Assembly (NCBI GenBank): GCA_964431605.1
Contig: CAYSLH010000001.1
Span: forward strand, 22,719-86,718
From: an uncultured Myxococcales bacterium
Lineage (GTDB): Bacteria > Myxococcota > B64-G9
Direction of reading: 5' to 3'
Length of the DNA stretch: 64,000 bases
The position numbers and the translations under genes were made by a program. The notes under the pieces are model-generated. The model saw only the letters and a program-made list of their open reading frames with translations. It made no database searches and was not told where the DNA came from. Position 1 is the stretch's first letter; each line of letters begins with the position of its first letter. Shown here piece after piece: positions 48,653 through 56,416 of this stretch.

Positions 48653-49357
48653 ATGAAATGTTCCACGTGGAACAGGATAAGTGCCGTGGCGAATTTTGAA
48701 GAATTTCTCAAACGTGGTGCTGATATACTTGGCATCGAATTACAATATGATGCAATACAGCGCATCAAGATTCATAGGGAACTACTTTTGAAGTGGGCGC
48801 CAAAAGTAAACCTGACGACAGTTTTAGATCCTAAGTCCATGGCAGAAAGGTTATACCTTGATTCAGGAATTCTCCTTCCTAAAATTTCATCTCGAAAAAC
48901 TTTACATGATGTTGGAACAGGAGCGGGTTTTCCAGGGCTTGTTCTTAAAGCACTAAATCCCAAGTTGGATGTGACATTGACAGAGGCAAGAAGAAAGAGG
49001 GTCTCTTTTCTAAAAACAGTTGCAAGACAGATGGGACTCCATGATGGACTGACCATTAGATGGAGCAGATTGGGATGGGAGAAGGGGGAAGAAAAAGTTA
49101 AAAACAAATTTTGGGACGAAGTAGTGTCCAGGGCCACCTTTCCCCCGGATCTCTGGATAGAGGCGGGGAAAAATTTATTGGCTCCAGGATCACGTCTTTG
49201 GGTCATGGCAGGTCAACCCCATGCACAGGGTGATGATTCTCTTAATTGGAAAAACGAGGCGGATAAGAACCATCTTGTCTTAGAGTCACAGGAAGTTTAT
49301 CACTTACCTTTCTGTAAAAAAACCAGGTGGCTTGTGAGCTTTCGCAGAAGCTTGTAA
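48653..49357 (+). CDS. rsmG: 16S rRNA (guanine527-N7)-methyltransferase RsmG (GidB)
   Basis: SAM-binding DVGTGAGFPGL and a GidB core. Confidence 0.85.
   Translation: MKCSTWNRISAVANFEEFLKRGADILGIELQYDAIQRIKIHRELLLKWAPKVNLTTVLDPKSMAERLYLDSGILLPKISSRKTLHDVGTGAGFPGLVLKALNPKLDVTLTEARRKRVSFLKTVARQMGLHDGLTIRWSRLGWEKGEEKVKNKFWDEVVSRATFPPDLWIEAGKNLLAPGSRLWVMAGQPHAQGDDSLNWKNEADKNHLVLESQEVYHLPFCKKTRWLVSFRRSL
48659..48674. promoter_or_regulatory. Perfect 16 bp palindrome TGTTCCACGTGGAACA at codons 3-8 of rsmG
   Basis: Seen in sequence. CACGTG core. A sibling site lies upstream of mnmG. Confidence 0.45.
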
Positions 49358-49448
49358 CTTCTGTTTTTGATTGGATCAACGTATTCAGTTGTGTTACAAA
49401 AACAATCCTGTTTTGGACTGATTATTTCGAAAAAGGATATTTTTCTAA

Positions 49449-50213
49449 ATGGGTCGAATCATCGCCATAGCGAATCAAAAAGGTGGAGTAGGAAAGACCA
49501 CTACAGCCATCAACCTGGCAGCTTCTCTGAGTGTGGCTGAGCGTCCCGTGTTGTTGGTGGATTGTGATCCACAGGCAAACGCTACAACAGGCTTGGGTTT
49601 TTCCAGGGATGAGCAGCGGAGAAATCTTTATCACGTGTTGTTGAATGAATCTACCATCGACGAAGTGACAGTATTGACGGACCTGGAAAATCTCAGACTA
49701 GTTCCTTCTGATTCAAATCTCATCGGTGCGGAAGTAGAACTTGTGGACATGCAAGGAAGGGAGAGTCTCCTGAAAAATGCCCTTGAGAAAGTCAAGGATC
49801 AGTACGAATATATTATTCTAGACTGCCCCCCGTCGTTGGGTCTTTTGACCATCAATGCGTTAGCCGGTGCGGATGGAGTGCTTGTTCCTTTACAATGTGA
49901 ATATTACGCACTGGAGGGTTTGAGTTCCCTGGTTCAGACCATAGAGATGATTCGAAAAGGCTTGAATGATTCTCTTGAGATCGATGGGATTCTTTTGACT
50001 ATGTTTGATGTTCGAAACGCAATTTCTCATTCCGTGGCAAATGAAGTTAAATCGTATTTTAAAGGAAAGGTGTTCAATTCGACCATACCTAGAAACGTCA
50101 GGCTTTCCGAAGCTCCTTCGTTTGGTAAGCCGGTCATGTTATATGATCCGAGATCTCGGGGATCAGAAAGCTATCTTGCTTTGGCCAAAGAAATTCTATC
50201 ATCATCTAACTAG
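49449..50213 (+). CDS. parA: Chromosome partitioning ATPase ParA (Soj)
   Basis: Deviant Walker A KGGVGKTT. Confidence 0.9.
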   Translation: MGRIIAIANQKGGVGKTTTAINLAASLSVAERPVLLVDCDPQANATTGLGFSRDEQRRNLYHVLLNESTIDEVTVLTDLENLRLVPSDSNLIGAEVELVDMQGRESLLKNALEKVKDQYEYIILDCPPSLGLLTINALAGADGVLVPLQCEYYALEGLSSLVQTIEMIRKGLNDSLEIDGILLTMFDVRNAISHSVANEVKSYFKGKVFNSTIPRNVRLSEAPSFGKPVMLYDPRSRGSESYLALAKEILSSSN

Positions 50214-50233
50214 TTGTTTTATAAGGTGTTATA

Positions 50234-51112
50234 ATGTCATCAGCTAAAAGAAAGGCTCTGGGAAAAGGACTCAAGGCTCTTATTCCTGTAAACGAAGATA
50301 AGACATCTTCAAAGCAGCCCAGCGGGTTGTTTCAATGCCCCATAGACAAGCTCGTGCCTAACGAAAATCAGCCAAGGCAGAGTTTTGATAACTCCAAGCT
50401 GGAAGACCTAACCGAAAGCGTCAGGTCAAAGGGCGTGATACAACCGCTCGTAGTAAGAGCATTGGGTGATGGAATGTTTCAGGTCGTTGCTGGTGAACGA
50501 AGATGGAGAGCGTCGAAATTGGCAGGTCTGGAAAAAGTTCCAGTCGTGGTAAAGAACCTGTCTGGAACGGAGATGTTGGAAATTGCGCTCATAGAAAATA
50601 TTCAGCGCGAGGATCTGAATCCTTTGGAAGAAGCGGAGGCGTACCGCCAGCTCATCGAGGAGCATGGCTTGACCCAGGAAGGTTTGGCGAAACGGGTTGG
50701 AAAACAAAGGTCGTCTGTTGCCAACGCTCTTCGGCTTTTGAAGCTGCCGCAGGAGGTTCAAAAATTTTTACTTACGGGAGAACTATCCATGGGACACGCC
50801 AGGGCAATCCTTGGCGCTCAGGGACAGAGTAAACAAAAGGCTCTGGCAAGAAAGGTGGTTAGAGACGGACTGAGCGTTCGGGCTTGTGAGGAGATGGTTA
50901 GAAGCGCAACATCTCAAAAGAGCGGGCCCAAGCGAGGTTCTTTGAAACAATCAGTTCTCAACGTTACACAGAGGAGATTGGTGGAGGAGTTGCAGCGACG
51001 TTTTGGTACCAAGGTAGACTTGCAAAAGGGTCGAAAGGGTGGAAAATTGATAATACATTATTTTTCTGATGGAGAACTGGATAGGATTCTTCAGGTAATC
51101 CAGGGGAATTAA
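50234..51112 (+). CDS. parB: Chromosome partitioning protein ParB (Spo0J)
   Basis: ParB box GERRWRA and HTH (GLTQEGLAKRVGKQRSSVANALRLL). Confidence 0.9.
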   Translation: MSSAKRKALGKGLKALIPVNEDKTSSKQPSGLFQCPIDKLVPNENQPRQSFDNSKLEDLTESVRSKGVIQPLVVRALGDGMFQVVAGERRWRASKLAGLEKVPVVVKNLSGTEMLEIALIENIQREDLNPLEEAEAYRQLIEEHGLTQEGLAKRVGKQRSSVANALRLLKLPQEVQKFLLTGELSMGHARAILGAQGQSKQKALARKVVRDGLSVRACEEMVRSATSQKSGPKRGSLKQSVLNVTQRRLVEELQRRFGTKVDLQKGRKGGKLIIHYFSDGELDRILQVIQGN

Positions 51113-51114
51113 AA

Positions 51115-51624
51115 TTGGCTTTATTTAAAAAAGAAAAGACCGAACCAGAACTAACGGTGGAAAAAGTCCAAATTCCGTCTGGCCAAAATAAAAACAAGGC
51201 CGTCACCAGGAGGGAGCATACCGTGAGTCTCAAGACCGACGAGATAACAACGATTCTTGGAAAAGGATCCGAGTTCGAGGGCAAATTGAATTTTGAAGGA
51301 ACGTTACGGATCGAGGGAGTTTATTCCGGAGAAATCATCTCCGACTCGGTTCTGGTGGTTGGTGAGGGAGCCAAGGTAAATGCTGAAATCGATATTGGTA
51401 CCATTGTGGTCAATGGTCAGGTTACTGGAAACATCCGAGCAAAGCAGGGTGTGGAAATTCGTGGTTCAGGACGCGTGGTAGGTAATATCGAAACACCGTC
51501 TCTCTATATTGAAAAGGGAGTGGTTTTCGATGGAACATGTAAAATGGGCGGTGCGGGAAAAAAGGAATCGTTCATAAAAGAAGCCAAAGCAGCACCAAAG
51601 ACAGAAGAGAAGGAAAAAAAATAG
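51115..51624 (+). CDS. Bactofilin (DUF583) cytoskeletal protein
   Basis: Beta-helical bactofilin repeats (VVGEGAKVNAEIDIGTIVVNGQVTGNIRAKQGVEIRGSGRVVGNIE). TTG start 3 nt after the parB stop. Lys/Glu-rich C-terminal tail. Confidence 0.8.
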   Translation: MALFKKEKTEPELTVEKVQIPSGQNKNKAVTRREHTVSLKTDEITTILGKGSEFEGKLNFEGTLRIEGVYSGEIISDSVLVVGEGAKVNAEIDIGTIVVNGQVTGNIRAKQGVEIRGSGRVVGNIETPSLYIEKGVVFDGTCKMGGAGKKESFIKEAKAAPKTEEKEKK

Positions 51625-52131
51625 TCAGTCTTCTTCATTCTTTTTTGATCGAACCCATTCCATAAAGTGCTTTCCGCACAATCCCTTTGCGTAATTCGGA
51701 CGATCACAGCCCTCCTCAGAGCAGATTCCACCACCCCGCTTGGAGGTTTTTCTCGTGGGTTTGTTGAGGCGATTTGCTTTGGCTTCCGACAAGGTCTTTG
51801 GTGGAGGTTGTCCTAGTTCGGAAGCACGTTTTTCAGCATAACGTAATCTCTGGTAGTGTTTGGAGCAAAGCCCCCTGGCTCTGGCTGGAAGATTGCAGTC
51901 AGGTTCTGAACATGTTTTTGAAGGCTCGATACTGTTTTCCATAGGGAGAGATTTTTCCCCAGCGATGTTTTCAGACAACCCTTTTACTGATCCGGTTTTG
52001 AGCTTGTCGATAATTTGCAGGATGTTTGGAGAACTAAGGGATTTGGATATCACACTCTCGAGGCCGCGCGCTAATCTTTCAGCCAGATCCATGGCCATAT
52101 CCTGAAGTTTCTGTTCCATATTCTCTGTCAT
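51625..52131 (-). CDS. Hypothetical protein with two tandem Cys-rich zinc-ribbon-like motifs (C-x4-C-x9-C-x2-H ...)
   Basis: Duplicated motif CSEPDCNLPARARGLCSKHYQRL / CSEEGCDRPNYAKGLCGKHFMEW. Convergent and abutting the bactofilin gene. Confidence 0.45.
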   Translation of the reverse strand: MTENMEQKLQDMAMDLAERLARGLESVISKSLSSPNILQIIDKLKTGSVKGLSENIAGEKSLPMENSIEPSKTCSEPDCNLPARARGLCSKHYQRLRYAEKRASELGQPPPKTLSEAKANRLNKPTRKTSKRGGGICSEEGCDRPNYAKGLCGKHFMEWVRSKKNEED

Positions 52132-52186
52132 GTCAGTTGGTTTCCAATTTCGACTATTTTGTGAATAGTGTGGTGAAAGAACAATG

Positions 52187-52666
52187 TCAGTATTGAGTGC
52201 CCATGAAGCTGAAATACAAGTCTCTGGCCTCTTCCATCTTTTTGTACACCTTTGCCGTCACACCTGAGCAATGTTTGTCGAACTCTTCGAATGTCTTGTA
52301 GTGTTCTTCTTGCATAGCTTGTGCCTTTGCGCCCAACTCTGTATAGGTTGAACGGGTTTTTTCAATGGCATCCATTCGTTCTTTTGTGGACATCTGGGAT
52401 GTTAGATTTTTCCATTGAGCATAGAGGGTGTTCATTTGTCCTCGTCTTTGCTCGACTAGATTGGCTGTATCACGCACACACTTGTTACAGATATCATAAT
52501 TGTCTTCGACGATATCGAAGAAATCTTCAAAAGTCGACATCCAAATATCCATCATGTCCTCGAGGATTTCAGCACCCTGATCCGATTTTGATTTTTTGCA
52601 GGCACCAGAGGACAGGAACAAAGCTCCAACAGAAATTATGGTAAACATTTTAACGATCTTAATCAT
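52187..52666 (-). CDS. Hypothetical lipoprotein
   Basis: Signal peptide plus lipobox (LFLSSGAC). No recognisable domain. Confidence 0.45.
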   Translation of the reverse strand: MIKIVKMFTIISVGALFLSSGACKKSKSDQGAEILEDMMDIWMSTFEDFFDIVEDNYDICNKCVRDTANLVEQRRGQMNTLYAQWKNLTSQMSTKERMDAIEKTRSTYTELGAKAQAMQEEHYKTFEEFDKHCSGVTAKVYKKMEEARDLYFSFMGTQY

Positions 52667-52748
52667 GTGGGTTCCTCCTGCTTTTGCAATTCATCGAATC
52701 GTATATTATGCACAACAGGATTTTGGAGCCAAGATCTTATTTGAACCG

Positions 52749-53924
52749 CTATGGTCTGGTTTTTCTATAGTAGTCGATTTTATCCAGTGCCATTTTCGCC
52801 AATCTTGCAGTCTCGGCGTCAGGATTATAGTCAAAGACATTCAGCAGGTGCTGGTATGCTGCTGTGGGTTGTCCCTGTGAAAAGCGAAGCAATCCCAGTG
52901 CTAAAAAAGCCTTATCAAGGTCAGAGGAGTTTGGATTGTTTGCGATGCATGTGCGAAGCAGGCTAGAGGCTGCTCTCTCGTGACCAGCCTGTGCCAACCA
53001 GGAGGACAATGTAGCGCAACTTTTTGGATCGAGGGAAGACAGCTGTTGTTTATCTAATTTGCTCAATGCTTCGATGGCCCTGGTTGCGTCCCCTTTTGAC
53101 AAGGCTTGTTCTACCAGTAGCTTGTTGCCTGAAGGGTTTTTCTTTTCAGCGCCAAGCCGATATCTTCCAGCTTTGCTCCAAGGCCACATCCAACCAGCTC
53201 TTTCTCCCATCCAAGCTACAAGCAAGCCTGCAAAAAATCCACCGACATGAGCTCCATGAGCAACACCGCTTTGAGCGCCGAATAACATGGGAAGGAGATT
53301 GTCGAGCACAAGAAAGAATCCAAGAACAATCCTGGAAGGCAAAAGCCAAACATCAAAGAAAAAGAATATAAATACAAAAACCTTGATTTGATTTTTTGGA
53401 AAAAGGTAGAAATAAATTCCCAAAACGCCGGAGATGGCTCCTGACGCACCTACCAAAGGAGTCATGGAGTTGCCGGCCAATAAGGCAAAGCTCAAAGTAG
53501 CAAAGACGCCAGATGCCAGGTAAACAGTGAAAAACCAGAACCGTCCGAGGCGATGCTCCACGTTGTCGCCGAAAATCCATAGAAACAACATGTTGCCTGC
53601 CAAGTGCAAGATACCGGCGTGCAGGAACATGGACTCAAAAAGGTCAATCATATCAGGAGCGGCGGGTTTGAATCCGTGCAAAAATACGAACGCGTCATAA
53701 GCACTGAGCTTCATCATGGCATGATAATCATAAAGCAGATTTGGATAATACTGTCTTAGATAGCGAAGATATTGCTCCACCATGGGGTCAGAGATATTGA
53801 GAGGCGAGTATTCCAAGGGTAACGATATCAACAAGTAGATCGCCACATTAGCAGCGATCAAGCTCCAGGTAACCCAAGGAGTGAAGTTTTTTGGGTTTGG
53901 AGAGTCACCTATGGGAAGAAACAT
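52749..53924 (-). CDS. Rhomboid-family intramembrane serine protease fused to C-terminal TPR domain
   Basis: Rhomboid catalytic motifs GASGAISG (Ser) and AHVGGF (His) within a 6-7 TM core, then a TPR tail. Confidence 0.75.
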   Translation of the reverse strand: MFLPIGDSPNPKNFTPWVTWSLIAANVAIYLLISLPLEYSPLNISDPMVEQYLRYLRQYYPNLLYDYHAMMKLSAYDAFVFLHGFKPAAPDMIDLFESMFLHAGILHLAGNMLFLWIFGDNVEHRLGRFWFFTVYLASGVFATLSFALLAGNSMTPLVGASGAISGVLGIYFYLFPKNQIKVFVFIFFFFDVWLLPSRIVLGFFLVLDNLLPMLFGAQSGVAHGAHVGGFFAGLLVAWMGERAGWMWPWSKAGRYRLGAEKKNPSGNKLLVEQALSKGDATRAIEALSKLDKQQLSSLDPKSCATLSSWLAQAGHERAASSLLRTCIANNPNSSDLDKAFLALGLLRFSQGQPTAAYQHLLNVFDYNPDAETARLAKMALDKIDYYRKTRP

Positions 53925-54350
53925 GTTTTATTTTCCTGTAACCAATTGATGATTTTTATCAAGATTTTCCAGTTTTGACATACAGGTAGGTATTTAGCAA
54001 ATTGAAACATGCCTGGCTAAAGCCATGACAGAAAAAAATCTAATCTTTCAAAACTTCATTCATGGCCCTTAGAACTGCCTTGATTTCACTTTTTGTATCT
54101 GGGTCTACATTTTGCAGATCTTTTTCTTCATCGAAATTCCAAGCACCAAGTTCCGAGCGAATCCTGTTTTTGGATTCCTCATCACCCTCTCTTGTCTCAT
54201 TACGTATTTTTTCGTACATGAGAAGAACTTTCCTCGCAATACCATCAGTAGACTGAGCTTTTTCGAGAAAGTCCCTAGTGACACCCTGACGTCTGAGTAT
54301 AAAATCGTCAGCCAGGTGTTGAAGTCCTTCGCTTTTGTTGGAGACGACTT

Positions 54351-54782
54351 CTAGTTTTTTTTTTCCGTCTCGGTTGTAGATGCTTCTTTTTTTTCAGAGG
54401 ATTCAGTGGCTTTTTGCTGTTCTGCTTGTTCTTTTGCTATGGTCTGGCGAACCTCGTCCATGTCCAACTCTTTGACCTTTGTGATAATCTCCTCCAAGGC
54501 TTGTGGCGGCAAGGCGCCTGGCTGGAGAAAAATGAGGATGCCTTCGCGGAAGATGCCCAGAGTGGGAATGGACTGTATGCCAAAAGACGCAGCAACCTCT
54601 GGCTGTGCTTCAGTGTCGCATTTGGCAAAAACCATATCAGGATGCTCTTCTGAAGATTTTTGGAATGTTGGTCCAAACATTTTGCAAGGGCCACACCATT
54701 CAGCCCAAAAGTCGATGAGCAGGAATTCACTCTCGTCTATGGTTTTTTGTACATTTTCCTTTGTAAGTTCAATAGTTCCCAT
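54351..54782 (-). CDS. Thioredoxin (WCGPC) with Lys/Glu-rich tail; a 103-codon startless ORF follows in the +1 frame after an A10 run
   Basis: Active site FWAEWCGPCK. Stop TAG is immediately preceded by (A)10 at 54354-54363. The downstream frame stays open to 54040. Confidence 0.85.
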   Translation of the reverse strand: MGTIELTKENVQKTIDESEFLLIDFWAEWCGPCKMFGPTFQKSSEEHPDMVFAKCDTEAQPEVAASFGIQSIPTLGIFREGILIFLQPGALPPQALEEIITKVKELDMDEVRQTIAKEQAEQQKATESSEKKEASTTETEKKN

Positions 54783-54898
54783 GTGCTTCTCCTAAAAGTT
54801 AGTAGGTCGAAAAGAATATATGAACGATTTGTCTTATTTGCAACCCCCCGGGACGTTACTATGAAAGAAAAGAAGAGCCGTTTATAAAATTCTGCGCC

Positions 54899-56359
54899 TT
54901 ACAAGCATACTGGTAACATTACCATGTGAGAGGTGCTTTGGCAGGTTTTTCCATCAGGGCATGGGTGTTCAATATCGCAGTATGCCCTGCAGTAATATTC
55001 AAAAGGATCGGAAGTATTTGGTTCCAATACACAATCAAGACCAGGAGCACAAAATTGGGTCATATCACTACAATCATCGCCTTCCTGCAGAGAACCAGGC
55101 ATCCAGCATTCGGTGGTTCCAGCCTCTGGGTCTGAGTAGTAGCATGCAGATTCTTCACCAGAGCATCCAGTCTGTAAAATTGGATCGCATCCGGGTCTGC
55201 ATACACCCCATGAGGTACCCAGTTCTGGCCAGGCCCAAACACAGTGTTGATCAGGCGAGGTACATTCCGATGCATTTTCGCAGTAACTTACGCAGGTTCC
55301 ATCAAGACAGATCAATCCAGCCTGGCAATCGGAAGAAGAGCAGTCTCCCCCTTCCTGTACATTCCCTGCAGGCAGACAGAAAAACACTCCGAAGTTTGAC
55401 ATGGTGCAGCGCTCGCCCTGTTCGCAGCCTTCAGCAGGTGGTTCACACGTGGCACAATGGGCTGTGCCGTCCTGAGGTTGCTGGCAAAACTGGTTTGATT
55501 CGGTACAATCTTGGGAGTCCCGCCAATATTTACAACTGTCAGCTCCTAGTTCACAACGTTGGATGGTAAACAAGTTACATCTTAGAGCATCCACCGTATC
55601 ACATTCATCGGTGCAGCCTTGCTGGCAGACAGGAACATCGCCTGAGTCGTCACAGTGTTTGTTGTCAGCTGCACAGTCAGTGGTATCGGCCCAATCAAGA
55701 CAACCCGAGTTGTCAGCGGTACATGTCTGGATAACATCACCTGAACACCTGAGGTCTCCTGCGGTATCACACTTGTTTACACATTCCTGGTTACAGACAG
55801 GAACATCGCCCGAGTCGTCACAATGTTCGTTGTCAGCAGCACAGTCAGTAGTGTCCGACCAGTCCAAACAGCCGGCGTCATCAGCGGCGCATGTCTGGAT
55901 AACATCCCCCGAGCACCTGAGGTTCCCTGCGGTATCACACTTGTTTACGCATTCCTGGCTACAGACAGGAACATCGCCCGAGTCGTCACAGTGTTTGTTG
56001 TCAGCTGCACAGTCAGTGGTGGTGGCCCAAACAAGGCAACCATCCTGACCTTCTTTGCAGGTTTGCAGCTTATCTTCAGAACATCGTGTTTCACCCTGTT
56101 TGTTACACATGTCCACACAGACACATTGACCCGAAGAACAAGTACGATTTCCATCACACGAATCTGTTTGTGTCCACACCAGGCAACCGTCTGCGTTCAT
56201 GGAACATGTCTTGACGGATTTCAGGTCTGAGGAACATTTCGTCTCATCTATTTTTTCGCAAGGGTTTTGTATTCCCAGACATTTGTCTTGCTCGTTGCTT
56301 GTACCACAGGAGATTTCTAAAAATGAAAAACCAACGAACAGGAGAATAGACAGTTTCAT
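54899..56359 (-). CDS. Cysteine-rich repeat lipoprotein (56 aa repeats CVNKCDTAGxLRCSGDVIQTCxADxxGCLDWxDTTDCAADNxHCDDSGDVPVC)
   Basis: GGAGG RBS then ATG at 56359. Lipobox FLEISC. At least 4 Cys-rich repeat units, and a C-terminal Cys-rich domain. Confidence 0.65.
   Translation of the reverse strand: MKLSILLFVGFSFLEISCGTSNEQDKCLGIQNPCEKIDETKCSSDLKSVKTCSMNADGCLVWTQTDSCDGNRTCSSGQCVCVDMCNKQGETRCSEDKLQTCKEGQDGCLVWATTTDCAADNKHCDDSGDVPVCSQECVNKCDTAGNLRCSGDVIQTCAADDAGCLDWSDTTDCAADNEHCDDSGDVPVCNQECVNKCDTAGDLRCSGDVIQTCTADNSGCLDWADTTDCAADNKHCDDSGDVPVCQQGCTDECDTVDALRCNLFTIQRCELGADSCKYWRDSQDCTESNQFCQQPQDGTAHCATCEPPAEGCEQGERCTMSNFGVFFCLPAGNVQEGGDCSSSDCQAGLICLDGTCVSYCENASECTSPDQHCVWAWPELGTSWGVCRPGCDPILQTGCSGEESACYYSDPEAGTTECWMPGSLQEGDDCSDMTQFCAPGLDCVLEPNTSDPFEYYCRAYCDIEHPCPDGKTCQSTSHMVMLPVCL
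55628..56035 (-). repeat. In-frame 168 bp tandem repeats (about 2.4 copies at DNA level; copies start at 55628, 55796, 55964)
   Basis: Units align with only scattered substitutions. Each encodes one 56 aa Cys-rich module. Confidence 0.85.
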
Positions 56360-56416
56360 AAAAATTCCTCCAAATTGAAAAGGAGATGTTACCTTATCCA
56401 CGATGGCAAACAATGA

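Noticed and set aside
54961-56230. Plus-strand ORFs antisense to the Cys-rich lipoprotein, including the repetitive 55563-56048 ORF
   Set aside because: The repetition mirrors the sense-strand 168 bp tandem repeats. The sense frame has a lipobox, RBS and Cys periodicity.
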